A stretch of DNA of 64,000 nt, from NCBI GenBank assembly GCA_902535185.1, contig CACAST010000001.1, positions 4,667 to 68,666 of the forward strand, in the 5' to 3' direction. Position 1 is the stretch's first letter, and each line of letters begins with the position of its first letter. A program made the position numbers and the translations under genes. This document shows, piece by piece, positions 29,222 through 39,619 of this stretch. Source of the DNA: an uncultured Prochlorococcus sp. (GTDB taxonomy: Bacteria > Cyanobacteriota > Cyanobacteriia > PCC-6307 > Cyanobiaceae). The notes below the pieces were generated by a model that was given only the letters and a program-made list of their open reading frames with translations, was not told the DNA's origin and ran no database searches.

Positions 29222-29410
29222 ATGAAAATAAATCCCAAAATTGACGCATTACAATTAATGCTAACTGATTTAAGAACTAGAAATGAGCCAATAAGACATA
29301 AAGCTGCATTTAAAGGCTGTCAACCAGAATTTCAAAGTCTTGTATCAAGATTAATAAAGCAGTTAGAGGATGAATTAGTTGCTGAAAAACTTACTAACCG
29401 AGATAGTTAA
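29222..29410 (+). CDS. 62-aa hypothetical protein
   Basis: ATG ORF, helical, LRTRNEPIRH motif. Confidence 0.75.
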   Translation: MKINPKIDALQLMLTDLRTRNEPIRHKAAFKGCQPEFQSLVSRLIKQLEDELVAEKLTNRDS

Positions 29411-29420
29411 AAAAATTAGA

Positions 29421-30032
29421 TTACTTAAATGAACTTAAGTTATCTAATTTTGCTTGTTCTGAAAGTTCATCATATCCTCCAAAAAATTTATTATCCAAAA
29501 ATATTTGAGGGAAAGTATTATGGCTACTTTGAGCCATTACTTTTTTAAAGCTCTCATCATTTTCTATTAAAGTAACCTCATGAGGGATAGATAAAGAATT
29601 AAGCAACCTAATTGCTCTTTTAGACCAAGGACAATCCTTTAAAATATAAGCTTTTACACGTGATTCATTTTTTAATAAATCATTACTTGAGATATTAATA
29701 ATTTTCTGTTCAAAAGAAAGTAATAATATATCAGTACCTTTTTTTACAATGCAACCCTCCTCAAGATGACCGCCAAAGACATTACATCCCTCATCTGCGA
29801 AACTCAAATGTAAATGAACATCTCCTTTATTAAAATGTCCGTTTAAAGAAACTATCTCTAAATTTCCCTCAAATTTATTTATTTCTTGATTACCTGGGCA
29901 TTGAATACAAACTGTTCTAAGATTACCAACCACTCCAGAAACATACCCGTATAAATTATTCGATAAAGAATATTCTTTAATTGAATTTATCAAATCAGAT
30001 TCTGGAGATAGCTTTAGGCTATGAGGCTGCAT
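29421..30032 (-). CDS. PPC (DUF296) domain - glutaredoxin fusion
   Basis: EIVSLNG, HLHLSF, GGHL (PPC) then CPWS, TFPQIF, GGYDEL (Grx). Confidence 0.9.
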   Translation of the reverse strand: MQPHSLKLSPESDLINSIKEYSLSNNLYGYVSGVVGNLRTVCIQCPGNQEINKFEGNLEIVSLNGHFNKGDVHLHLSFADEGCNVFGGHLEEGCIVKKGTDILLLSFEQKIINISSNDLLKNESRVKAYILKDCPWSKRAIRLLNSLSIPHEVTLIENDESFKKVMAQSSHNTFPQIFLDNKFFGGYDELSEQAKLDNLSSFK

Positions 30033-30223
30033 TAGATATTAGATATTAGGAATAGTTTTGTAATATAAAACATCATCATCCATAAAGAGAAGTTGAGTTT
30101 ATAATCTTTAGGATTCAGATTTAAATTAAATTTTAGAATCTAGCATCAAAAACCATTTAAAATTTTTACTAAAAATTTAAGCTTGCTGAGAGTGTAATAT
30201 ATTTTTTATATACAAAAACTAAT

Positions 30224-30763
30224 TTGTTATCAAGAAAAAATCTTAAAAATTTGGCATTGAATATTCCTAATTTATTATCGATATCTCGCCTTTTCCTTGT
30301 ATTTCCATTAATACTTTTTTTAGAAATTAACAGACCTTTTTATATCTTTATATTGATTATTATTGGAGGTTTAACTGACTATTTTGATGGGTTTATTGCA
30401 AGGAAATTTAATCTTAAAACCAGATTAGGAGCTATCCTTGATCCCTTAAGCGATAAAGTATTCTATTTAATTCCTTTGACGTTCCTTTGTAAAAATAATT
30501 TTATACCCTTCTGGTCTTTGTCATTAATTTTATTTAGAGAATTAATTATCTCTAGCCTAAGGAACTCCACAAAAGACGGTTTACCAGCGTCAATTTTAGG
30601 AAAATATAAAACATTTTTCTTTTTTATTTCAGTAATTACCTTCTTTACACCATTAAAAATTAGCTTTTTGAATAATTTGGCATTAATTTTTTATTGGTTA
30701 GGATTCATCCTGACTTTTGTGACTTTATTAGACTATTTAAGAATTAAAAAGAATATTATCTGA
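30224..30763 (+). CDS. pgsA: CDP-diacylglycerol-glycerol-3-phosphate phosphatidyltransferase
   Basis: NIPNLLS.SR, DYFDGFIAR..GAILDPLSDK. Confidence 0.92.
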   Translation: MLSRKNLKNLALNIPNLLSISRLFLVFPLILFLEINRPFYIFILIIIGGLTDYFDGFIARKFNLKTRLGAILDPLSDKVFYLIPLTFLCKNNFIPFWSLSLILFRELIISSLRNSTKDGLPASILGKYKTFFFFISVITFFTPLKISFLNNLALIFYWLGFILTFVTLLDYLRIKKNII

Positions 30764-31657
30764 ATTCTCATCAAACTCCTCACTCTTTTTATTATTAAAA
30801 TCATTCACAAAACTATCCCTTAGACCATTAAGTAAATTAAAAGTTGGCGCCCACTCTAAATCACGTTTTATCTTAGAGATATCAGTCTGATAATGATTTA
30901 ATCTAATTGGAAATCCCTTTCGAGACTTAGGATCTAATTTTTGATAATCAAATGTTCTTAAAGAAATCTCATTTTGGTTTAATCCAAGAACATTCGCACA
31001 GAAATAAATCAAACCCTTAATTGTTACTCCTTTTTCACCTGAACAATTGTAGATATTATTTTTGGAATTTTCAAAATTTATGCACCTAATCATTACATCA
31101 GTTAGATCCGAAACATGGCCTAGCTGAGTAATTAAAGAACCGTCACCAGGGATTGGTATAGATTTTTTAGCAAATAACCTTTCAAAAAACCAATTTTCAA
31201 TTTTATTATAATTTCCTGGTCCATAAATATAAGTAGGTCTAAAACTTGTAAAAGGAATTTTTTGGTTTTTTAACCAATTTTCTGTCTCAAACTTCCCTTT
31301 GTGCCTACTTTCTGGATCAATTGGATCAACTTCGGATAATGGTAGTTCACAATTATCTTTATAAACACCTGCAGAGCTGACATATATATATCTCTGGAAA
31401 GAGTAATCTAAATTTTCTATAAGAAGTTTGGTTTGTTCTAACTCTCGTCCAGAAATATCAAAAACAAGATCATACTTTTCATTACTTAGCTTGACGATAT
31501 CTTCTGAATTATTTCTATCACCCTTAATTAAATTTGTTTTTTCAGGATTACTTTTATTACCTCTCGTGAAAATATCAATATCATAATTTTTACTTAATAA
31601 CTTTCCAACCAAAGACTTACCAACAAATCTAGTGCCACCCATTACAAGAATTTTCAT
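30737..31657 (-). CDS. NAD-dependent epimerase-fold protein, CSP41-like RNA-binding
   Basis: MGGTRFVG, SSAGVY, SRHKGK.ETE, RPTYIYGP. Confidence 0.88.
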   Translation of the reverse strand: MKILVMGGTRFVGKSLVGKLLSKNYDIDIFTRGNKSNPEKTNLIKGDRNNSEDIVKLSNEKYDLVFDISGRELEQTKLLIENLDYSFQRYIYVSSAGVYKDNCELPLSEVDPIDPESRHKGKFETENWLKNQKIPFTSFRPTYIYGPGNYNKIENWFFERLFAKKSIPIPGDGSLITQLGHVSDLTDVMIRCINFENSKNNIYNCSGEKGVTIKGLIYFCANVLGLNQNEISLRTFDYQKLDPKSRKGFPIRLNHYQTDISKIKRDLEWAPTFNLLNGLRDSFVNDFNNKKSEEFDENSDNILFNS

Positions 31658-31749
31658 ATTCAAAAAATATTTAACTGAAGTAGTAATCTTAAATAGAATT
31701 ACATATTGAATAGTACTACTAATAAGTAATTAATGAAAAGGATGATTCT

Positions 31750-32517
31750 ATGGACCTAATTCCAGCAATTGATTTAATGAATGGTAAGTGTGTGAGGCTT
31801 GTTAAAGGCGACTTTAATAAAAGAAAAGACTTCACCAAAGAGCCTCATGAGCAAGCTAAATTTTGGGAAAGCGAAGGGGCAAAATATATACATATAGTTG
31901 ATTTGGATGCTGCAAAATCTGGATCCCCAACAAACGATGAATCAATAAAAAAGATTGCAAAAACAGTTAACATACCAATTCAAATAGGTGGGGGGATAAG
32001 ATCTCAAGAAAGGATAGAGCAATTATTTTCTTATGGTATTGAGAAAGTTATCATGGGAACCTCTGCAATAGAAAATAAAGAGCTAGTTAAAAACTTATCA
32101 AATAAATTTCCTGGAAGGATAATTGTTGGGATAGATACAAAAGATGGAAAAGTTAGTACAAGGGGTTGGCTTGAGCAATCTAATATTTTTGCCACAGATT
32201 TAGTAAAGGAGTTTTCTTCATTTAAAATTGCTAGTTTTATTGTTACAGATATAAATACAGATGGGACGTTAGAAGGGACAAATGAAGAATTCATAAAAAG
32301 CATACTTGAAATTACAGATATTCCAGTAATAGCCTCAGGAGGTGTTGGTTCAATTTCTGATTTATTATCGTTAGTAAAATTTGAAAACTCTGGTCTCTTT
32401 GGAGTAATTGTAGGTAAAGCTCTTTATGAAAATAAATTCACAATCAACGAAGCGAATAATGTATTGTCATCAGAGAGATTAAATGACTTTGATTTAAACA
32501 GAAATTACTACGCCTAA
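31750..32517 (+). CDS. hisA: ProFAR isomerase
   Basis: IPAIDL..GKCVRL, GGGIRS, TDINTDGTL, ASGGV. Confidence 0.97.
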   Translation: MDLIPAIDLMNGKCVRLVKGDFNKRKDFTKEPHEQAKFWESEGAKYIHIVDLDAAKSGSPTNDESIKKIAKTVNIPIQIGGGIRSQERIEQLFSYGIEKVIMGTSAIENKELVKNLSNKFPGRIIVGIDTKDGKVSTRGWLEQSNIFATDLVKEFSSFKIASFIVTDINTDGTLEGTNEEFIKSILEITDIPVIASGGVGSISDLLSLVKFENSGLFGVIVGKALYENKFTINEANNVLSSERLNDFDLNRNYYA

Positions 32518-32596
32518 AAGAGTATAAAAATCGATTTAAGGCTGGTATTTGCAGTGATTGTTAGTTAATTTTGTATAAGAGATAAGAAATCTAGTC

Positions 32597-34213
32597 TTGG
32601 AATTAATTTCAAAAAAACCGATATTGATTATTGCTCCAAGCTTAATAGCAGAATCTTTATCGCTTAAGTTAACATCACTAGACCAAAATTTAGACATTAA
32701 TTTTAATAATGGAACAGTTGATAAAACTCCGGATTTAGTTATATGGAATGTTCTTAATTTCCAATCAGAGGATCTTATAAGGTTAGAATTATTAAAATTA
32801 AGAGAAAGATATGATGAATCAAAGTTTCTTATAATTCTCTCTGGCGAATTTGTTTATGAAGCAAATACCCTTCCATCATTAAATGCTGAAGGTTTTCTTT
32901 TAAATCCCAGTGCAGAAAAAGTTCTTGAATCTATTGGTACCATTTTAAATGGAGGAAGGGTATTTGATATTGAAAATAATTCCCAAGTTAAATTCAACAA
33001 AAATAAAACTTTATCTTTTAGTCAAAAAATTCTAACTTCAGGTCTTAAACAAATAGATTCTGAAATTAATTATATTTTCAAATATGTCAACTCTGATTCA
33101 ACACCAGAATTTTATAAATTCATTTTAAAAGGAAGATTAAGAGAACTTATTACTGCAAAATCTTTTCTAATTTTTTTATGGGGTAGTTCACTAGAACTTT
33201 ACACAGAGGCAGTTTACACTGAAAATAAAATTAATCTTGAAAATAAGAACACTGTATTCATTAAAGATAAAAACACTACAGAAATATGGAATTTAATTTT
33301 AGATAGACTAAAAGAGAGGTATAGCTCAACTAACTTACAGGTTGAATTTAATAATTCATCAATAATTCTCTCTGGAATAAAGAAAGAATATATTTCACGA
33401 CTAATTTGCAAAATGTTAGATGAGTTAGATAATTTAGTTAAAAATATTAAGGAAAACTATAAGGAGAAAGATTTTAAAAATGATTTAAATTCTCTTATAA
33501 AAGAACTTAAAGTTAATACAATTTCAAACATCACAGACAGCTATTTTCGATTAAAAAAAGGAGGCGAATCTATTTCAATTAATGATTTTATTTATAGTGA
33601 AGTAAGTTGCGAAGAGATAGATAGAGAATCACATGAATCAATAATGTTTATTGAGCCAATTATTAAAAATGAAGCTCTTGACTATGATGGGAAATTACTC
33701 CCACTTTATGAAACAGAATCATTTTTAATCCTTGAAAATATAATTTCAAATTGGACAATAAGGAACTGTAATTTATTAGCTTCTGAAATCTTTAATATTT
33801 GTTCTTCTTGGCCTGAATTAAGGACTGTACTTATAAATCCCGAATTACAATCGACAAGAAATTTTGAAAGATTTAGAAATAATATCAATAACTACAATCG
33901 CTGGCATGACTATATTTATATGCCTATCTACCTGTATGAGAGTAAACGAGAATATATTGATATTATCGATAAAAAATTTACCCGATACTTCAAAAATGAA
34001 AATAGGGAGAAAGAATTAGAGAATCTAGAATGGCTACAAAAACAAGTTACATTGTTAGTTGAGATAAGAGATGCCGTAGCACCTCAGTTAGAAGTTGCGG
34101 TAAAATATATCGGTAATCTCTTCGTAACTTTCCTTACAAAGGTAGTTGGCAAAGCTATCGGTTTAGTTGGGAAAGGAATCCTTCAAGGATTAGGAAGATC
34201 AAGTTCAAAGTAA
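32597..34213 (+). CDS. ycf55: Ycf55 / DUF3685 protein with degenerate receiver domain
   Basis: STRNFERFRN, P..LYES, E.RDA.AP, GKAIGLVGKGILQG C-terminus. Confidence 0.85.
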   Translation: MELISKKPILIIAPSLIAESLSLKLTSLDQNLDINFNNGTVDKTPDLVIWNVLNFQSEDLIRLELLKLRERYDESKFLIILSGEFVYEANTLPSLNAEGFLLNPSAEKVLESIGTILNGGRVFDIENNSQVKFNKNKTLSFSQKILTSGLKQIDSEINYIFKYVNSDSTPEFYKFILKGRLRELITAKSFLIFLWGSSLELYTEAVYTENKINLENKNTVFIKDKNTTEIWNLILDRLKERYSSTNLQVEFNNSSIILSGIKKEYISRLICKMLDELDNLVKNIKENYKEKDFKNDLNSLIKELKVNTISNITDSYFRLKKGGESISINDFIYSEVSCEEIDRESHESIMFIEPIIKNEALDYDGKLLPLYETESFLILENIISNWTIRNCNLLASEIFNICSSWPELRTVLINPELQSTRNFERFRNNINNYNRWHDYIYMPIYLYESKREYIDIIDKKFTRYFKNENREKELENLEWLQKQVTLLVEIRDAVAPQLEVAVKYIGNLFVTFLTKVVGKAIGLVGKGILQGLGRSSSK

Positions 34214-34227
34214 GTTTTTAAACTTCA

Positions 34228-34770
34228 ATGAAAACAATTCAATGGGTCCTAATAGCATTAATTTTTTTAAGTCCATATAAAGCTAATGCCTCTAGAGATT
34301 CTGATAGTTACGATGGCAACATCTTTCCTATATACGCAGGTAATGGGGCAATAGTTCCTCCCCAAACAACTCTTCAGGAATCATTAAAAAATAAAAGAGT
34401 AGCAGTTTTATTTTTTTATCTTGACGATAGCTCAGATAGTAAAGCTATGGCTCCGATAATATCTGGTTTAGATTTGATATGGAGAAATAATATAGATATC
34501 ATTGCTCTAACTACTGATGAATTACAGGATAAAGAAAAGTCGGATCTTAGAAATGAACCTAATTATTATTGGAACGGATTAATTCCGCAAACCATTATTA
34601 TAAATAGTTATGGTGAAGTTAAATATGATCAAAATGGAATTATTAATATCGATGAATTAAACAAAGTCATAGGAGAACTAAAAGGCATTGATATAGAAGA
34701 TACAACATTTTCTGTAGAAAGTTTTAATGAATACAACAGTATCATTTCTGAAAAAAAGGTAAAAAATTAA
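34228..34770 (+). CDS. Thioredoxin-fold thylakoid protein (PSI accumulation factor-like), no CxxC
   Basis: Signal peptide, DSYDGNIFPIYAGNGAIVPP, FYLDDSSDSK, IPQT. Confidence 0.82.
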   Translation: MKTIQWVLIALIFLSPYKANASRDSDSYDGNIFPIYAGNGAIVPPQTTLQESLKNKRVAVLFFYLDDSSDSKAMAPIISGLDLIWRNNIDIIALTTDELQDKEKSDLRNEPNYYWNGLIPQTIIINSYGEVKYDQNGIINIDELNKVIGELKGIDIEDTTFSVESFNEYNSIISEKKVKN

Positions 34771-34777
34771 TTAAAAA

Positions 34778-35944
34778 ATGATATTCATAAATATCCTCTT
34801 AGTTCTTTTAATTTTTTTAATTATTTCAGATTTATATATAAAAAAATCACCCAAATCAGAGTTAAATCTGGTCCCCATAAATTACAAAATCAAAAAAAAG
34901 GATGGTTTAAACGAATTAATTATTGATTTAAAAATAACTAATAAAAGTAAAACCAAAGAGACGATGGTATCTAATATAAACTTTGAATTAGATTTTTTTA
35001 AAAATAAAGGTAATGAATATTGCCAAAATTTTAATTATCAAGAAGATATTTATATATATGAAAATAATAAAATTAAGAATTTAAATAATTACTGGCCAAC
35101 AACAATAATCAAGTCAAATTCAGAATTATTTGTAAGAATCATATATAAATTTAGCAATAATAATTTTAGAAAAAAAATAAAATATCTATGGTTAAAAGTA
35201 TTTTGGGAGAACTATGGACATTTTGGTATTTCAAATAATAAGGATTGTTTTTTAATTAATTTAGAAGGTCAAAAACAAAGACCGAAAGAAGTTTTTGAAA
35301 TTCTTTTAAATAATAAATACAAAGCTTTTGCTATTAAAACTGATTTACTTGGTTGCTTTGATAACCCTGTAAATACTGTGATTGAATACTGCAAAGGAAT
35401 TGTAGAAAAAAATGATATTTTAACAATCGGTGAGAGTCCGCTAGCGATTATGCAAAATAGATATATTTCTCCTCAGAATTTAGAATATAGTTTATTTTCA
35501 AAAGCTTTATGTTATTTTTTTCACCCTACAAGCAGTCTCGCAACAGCTTGTGGCATGCAATTATTAATAAATAGGATCGGAGTCACAAGAATAACCTTTT
35601 CACTATTTGTTGGATTTCTTTTCAAATTAGTTGGTATTAAGGGTATGTTTTATAGGTTAACTAGTTCTGAATCATCTCTCATTGATGATATAAGCGGTAC
35701 TGTTAAACCTTACGACAAGAGTATAGTAATGGGTCCTCTCAATGCGGAATTATTTTGTAGGGAAGTTTCGAATTATCTAAATATAGATGTTGCTGTAGTC
35801 GATGTTAATGATCTTGGAGGTGTGAAAGTCTTAGCTAGTTCCAATAAAGCGGTAAATAAAATACTCAAAAGAAACTTAATCTCAAATCCAGCTGGCAATG
35901 GCGATGAAAAAACCCCTATAGTATTAATAAGAGAAAAAAAGTAA
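34778..35944 (+). CDS. F420-0:gamma-glutamyl ligase (CofE)-like protein with N-terminal anchor
   Basis: IGESPLAIMQ, IDDISGT..PYD, VVDVNDLG, NPAGNGDEKTP. Confidence 0.8.
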   Translation: MIFINILLVLLIFLIISDLYIKKSPKSELNLVPINYKIKKKDGLNELIIDLKITNKSKTKETMVSNINFELDFFKNKGNEYCQNFNYQEDIYIYENNKIKNLNNYWPTTIIKSNSELFVRIIYKFSNNNFRKKIKYLWLKVFWENYGHFGISNNKDCFLINLEGQKQRPKEVFEILLNNKYKAFAIKTDLLGCFDNPVNTVIEYCKGIVEKNDILTIGESPLAIMQNRYISPQNLEYSLFSKALCYFFHPTSSLATACGMQLLINRIGVTRITFSLFVGFLFKLVGIKGMFYRLTSSESSLIDDISGTVKPYDKSIVMGPLNAELFCREVSNYLNIDVAVVDVNDLGGVKVLASSNKAVNKILKRNLISNPAGNGDEKTPIVLIREKK

Positions 35945-37000
35945 ATGAAAAAAGATACCTCTTATTCTTTTCAATCTAAAAAAGGAATGGAAGTAACTTT
36001 TGAAGAACTCCATATAAGGCACATTAACCTTTTAATTGATATTAAAAATAAGGAATTGAATAATTGGTTTTTAAAGATGGCAATTATAAATACCTTTGAT
36101 GACTTAAAAATTTTTTTAAATAATCTTAAGAAAAATAAAAATAAATGCATAATTGCTATATCTGGAAACGAAATAATTGGTTACTTGAATATTTTTCCTT
36201 TAAACAAAAAAGAGACTTGCTTAAAAATATCTAAGCCCAAGTTAATTAACGGCGAGTTTTCTTTAACAGATAAACAATTAACTTTAGGATTGATAAAAAA
36301 ATCTATCTCAATAAAAGGTATCAAAACTTCAAGTTGGATAATTAATGCCGATATAAACAATGTTGATCTCATATCAACCTCAAGAGAATTAGGCTTTCAA
36401 CCTTTAGGAGAGATAATACTTTGGGATGGTTCTGATCTAAATAAATCTACAAAGCAAAACACCCATGGCTATGCATTAATTAATGAATTCCAAAACATTA
36501 ATAAACAAAATATTTTGAAAATATTGAATTTTATAAGATCAAATCAATCTCCCTTAATAAGAAATATTTTAGATTTTGATCAAGATGACATTTTTAAAAG
36601 AAATAACTCCAAAAGTGGTGCCTTGATATATGAAAATTCTGTTTTATGTACTATTTTAAAAGATATAAATTATCAAAACGAAGAAATTTATACTCTAACT
36701 TTAAGTAGATATTGGGACAAAAGATTTAATTCTATTTTAAAAGAATTTATAAAAAGATTCTTTGAAAAAAGTCCTGTTTCATATTTAAAAACCTATAAAG
36801 AAAATTCTCAATTAAATCTTTTTCTCGCAGAATGTAATCTCAAAGAAATAAATCAAGAAATTATTCTTATAAGGAATACAATAGTTAAGAGTGAAGCCAA
36901 ACAAGTAAATAAAATAAATCAATCTTTGGAAACAATCTTTGAAAAATTAAGTCCACAAGGTAATCCATATCCTTCTCCTTTTCCATTAAAAACAAAGTGA
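35945..37000 (+). CDS. Hypothetical protein, degenerate GNAT-like
   Basis: [17 protein letters not shown]; position upstream of yqgF. Confidence 0.7.
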   Translation: MKKDTSYSFQSKKGMEVTFEELHIRHINLLIDIKNKELNNWFLKMAIINTFDDLKIFLNNLKKNKNKCIIAISGNEIIGYLNIFPLNKKETCLKISKPKLINGEFSLTDKQLTLGLIKKSISIKGIKTSSWIINADINNVDLISTSRELGFQPLGEIILWDGSDLNKSTKQNTHGYALINEFQNINKQNILKILNFIRSNQSPLIRNILDFDQDDIFKRNNSKSGALIYENSVLCTILKDINYQNEEIYTLTLSRYWDKRFNSILKEFIKRFFEKSPVSYLKTYKENSQLNLFLAECNLKEINQEIILIRNTIVKSEAKQVNKINQSLETIFEKLSPQGNPYPSPFPLKTK

Positions 37001-37428
37001 AATTTTGTAAACCCAAACCCAAATCAATTTTGAGTTTGGATGTAGGTACCAAAAGAATAGGTTTAGCTTATTGTGACCCCCTATGCATAACATCAAATAT
37101 ACTTCCAGCAGTAAAAAGGTCTGAAAATAATCAAGAGCTTAAAATCATTAGAAATTATATAGATGAACTTAATTTATCTGGTTTTATTGTTGGTCTTCCA
37201 CTTGATGAGCAAGGCCAAATGACCCCTCAAGCTATTGACTGTAAAAATTACGGTCAATTACTTTCAAATGAATTAAAGCTTCCATTTTCTTATGTAAACG
37301 AACATAGCTCAACTTGGGAATCTTCAAATAGATTTGGAATTAAAATAGATAAATCTGGATTGATTGATAGTCTTTCAGCAAAAATAATCCTTGAACAATG
37401 GATCGAAGAAGGTCCTGAATTAAAATAA
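36997..37428 (+). CDS. yqgF: YqgF/RuvX nuclease
   Basis: [37 protein letters not shown]. Confidence 0.93.
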   Translation: MKFCKPKPKSILSLDVGTKRIGLAYCDPLCITSNILPAVKRSENNQELKIIRNYIDELNLSGFIVGLPLDEQGQMTPQAIDCKNYGQLLSNELKLPFSYVNEHSSTWESSNRFGIKIDKSGLIDSLSAKIILEQWIEEGPELK

Positions 37429-37482
37429 TTAACTGGTAAAAGTAAGATAAAATATTATTATTAATAAGAATGATATTTTTAA

Positions 37483-38019
37483 ATGAAAGAAAGTAACTCA
37501 AACAATAATTATGATGCACAGACCCTTTTATTAAATGACTCAAATGGAAACGAGTTATTTTGTTATCTTGAACAATTAGTAATTGTCGAAGGACAAGAAT
37601 ATGCTTTATTAACACCAGTTGATACTCCAGTAAGTCTTTTCAAGATAAATGAAAAAGATGAGCCTGAACTAATTGAGAAAATAGATAAAAATGAACAAAT
37701 TCTAAAAAATGCTGAAGCTGTACTTCAAGAACATGATTTAAGACTTATCAGATCAGCGGTAACATTAACGGTTTCAGGAGAACTTGAAGAACCAATTTAC
37801 GATGAATTAGAAGAAGATTACGTCGATGATGATAGTGAGAGTTATGAATTGCTTGTTAACTTTAATCTTTTTGACCAAGAATATGGCTTATATATTCCAC
37901 TAGATCCTTTTTTTATTGTTGGTAAATTAAAAGACAAAGGGGCTTTATTAGTTGAAGATGATGAATTCGATAAAATTCAACCTTTAATTGAAACTGAGCT
38001 TGAAAAAAGTAGTTCTTAA
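37483..38019 (+). CDS. DUF3727/DUF1292 protein
   Basis: EYALLTPVDTP, RSAVTLTVSGE, YIPLDP; acidic. Confidence 0.85.
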   Translation: MKESNSNNNYDAQTLLLNDSNGNELFCYLEQLVIVEGQEYALLTPVDTPVSLFKINEKDEPELIEKIDKNEQILKNAEAVLQEHDLRLIRSAVTLTVSGELEEPIYDELEEDYVDDDSESYELLVNFNLFDQEYGLYIPLDPFFIVGKLKDKGALLVEDDEFDKIQPLIETELEKSSS

Positions 38020-38024
38020 AATAA

Positions 38025-38519
38025 ATGAGATCTATCCTAAGAGTAAATTGGGATTCAAACTTACCAATATACAATATTTCTCAATCTGAATTGAAAAAAA
38101 AAGGAATTAATTCTTTATTGCTAGACGTGGATGGTACTCTAGTAAATAGAAAATCAAATATGATCCCAAAAGCTGTAAAAAATTGGATCATAGAATCTAA
38201 AGAACTTTTTTCCTTATATCTAATAAGTAATAATCCATCAAAAAAAAGAATTGCAAAAATAGCGAAAGAATTAAATTTAAGATACAAATACAACGCATCA
38301 AAACCAAGAAAAAAAATAACTTTGTCTGCTATCCAAGAAATTGGCAGAGAGCCAAAAAATATTGCCATTATTGGCGACAGAATTTTTACAGATATTATTG
38401 TTGGGAATAGATGTAATATAAAAACAATATTAGTTAAGAGATTAAATAGAGATGGCTTACCTATAAAATTTAATTTAACTTTGACAATAGAAAAATTAAT
38501 TTCTCATTTTATAAAATGA
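38025..38519 (+). CDS. yqeG: YqeG-family HAD IIIA phosphatase
   Basis: [21 protein letters not shown]. Confidence 0.9.
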   Translation: MRSILRVNWDSNLPIYNISQSELKKKGINSLLLDVDGTLVNRKSNMIPKAVKNWIIESKELFSLYLISNNPSKKRIAKIAKELNLRYKYNASKPRKKITLSAIQEIGREPKNIAIIGDRIFTDIIVGNRCNIKTILVKRLNRDGLPIKFNLTLTIEKLISHFIK

Positions 38520-39598
38520 AAATTTGGGTTATAAAAATTGGTACTAGTATTTTAAGAGGAACAGAGGAAACATCTACAGAAGAGGTTATTGAAAACTTTT
38601 CTAAATCCTTTACAAGTTTTCTCTCAAAAGGAAATAAATTAATTTTAGTAACTAGTGGAGCTGTTGGATTAGGTTGCCAAAAATTAAATTTTAAAACTAG
38701 ACCAAATGATTTAAGTACCCTTCAAGCTACTGCTGCAGTAGGTCAAGTTAATTTAATGTCCTTATACGATAAGGTATTTAATAAATTAGGTCATAATATT
38801 GCTCAAATTTTAATAACTAAAGCTGATTTCAACTCACGAGAATCTTTTAATAACGCTTCTAAAACTTTAAAAAAATTAATCGATTTAAATGTTATTCCAA
38901 TAGTAAATGAAAATGATACCGTAGCAAATGAAGAGCTTAAATATGGAGATAATGATACCCTCTCTGCTTTAGTTGCCTTGGCTATAAATGCTAACAAGCT
39001 TATTTTATTAACCGATATTGAAAATCTATACTCAAAAGATCCACGTAATAACAAAGATGCGCAACCTATTAAAGAAGTACATAATTATGAATTAAAGGAA
39101 ATTAAAAATAAAAATATTCAAAACTCAAATAATGAATGGGGAACAGGAGGAATTTCTACAAAATTAATTTCTGCAGAAATAGCAACAAAAGGAGGAGTCG
39201 AAGTCCAACTAGTTGATGGAACTAATAAAAAAAACTTAATTGAAATTTTTAATGATAATAAAATTGGAACTTTATTTTATCCAGTAGAAAAACCTATTGG
39301 AAACAAAAAAAGTTGGCTTTCACATGCAATTCAAACAGTAGGGAAAATCACTTTAGATGATGGCGCTTCTTTTGCAATTAAAAAAAAAGGTGCCTCACTT
39401 TTAGCGGTTGGGGTTAAGAATGTAGAAGGGAACTTTACGATTAATCAGGCAGTTAAAATCGTAAATACAAAAGATAAAGAAGTTGCAAAAGGTTTAGTAT
39501 CAATAAGTAGCGACAAATTAAGAAGTATCTTAAATAATAAAGAAGATAACAACTCCTCGATAATTGTCGTACATAGAGATGTTCTTGCTCTCTCTTAG
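38516..39598 (+). CDS. proB: Glutamate 5-kinase
   Basis: [31 protein letters not shown] tail VVHRD. Confidence 0.97.
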   Translation: MKIWVIKIGTSILRGTEETSTEEVIENFSKSFTSFLSKGNKLILVTSGAVGLGCQKLNFKTRPNDLSTLQATAAVGQVNLMSLYDKVFNKLGHNIAQILITKADFNSRESFNNASKTLKKLIDLNVIPIVNENDTVANEELKYGDNDTLSALVALAINANKLILLTDIENLYSKDPRNNKDAQPIKEVHNYELKEIKNKNIQNSNNEWGTGGISTKLISAEIATKGGVEVQLVDGTNKKNLIEIFNDNKIGTLFYPVEKPIGNKKSWLSHAIQTVGKITLDDGASFAIKKKGASLLAVGVKNVEGNFTINQAVKIVNTKDKEVAKGLVSISSDKLRSILNNKEDNNSSIIVVHRDVLALS

Positions 39599-39619
39599 AA
39601 AAAAAATTAAAACTGAAAA

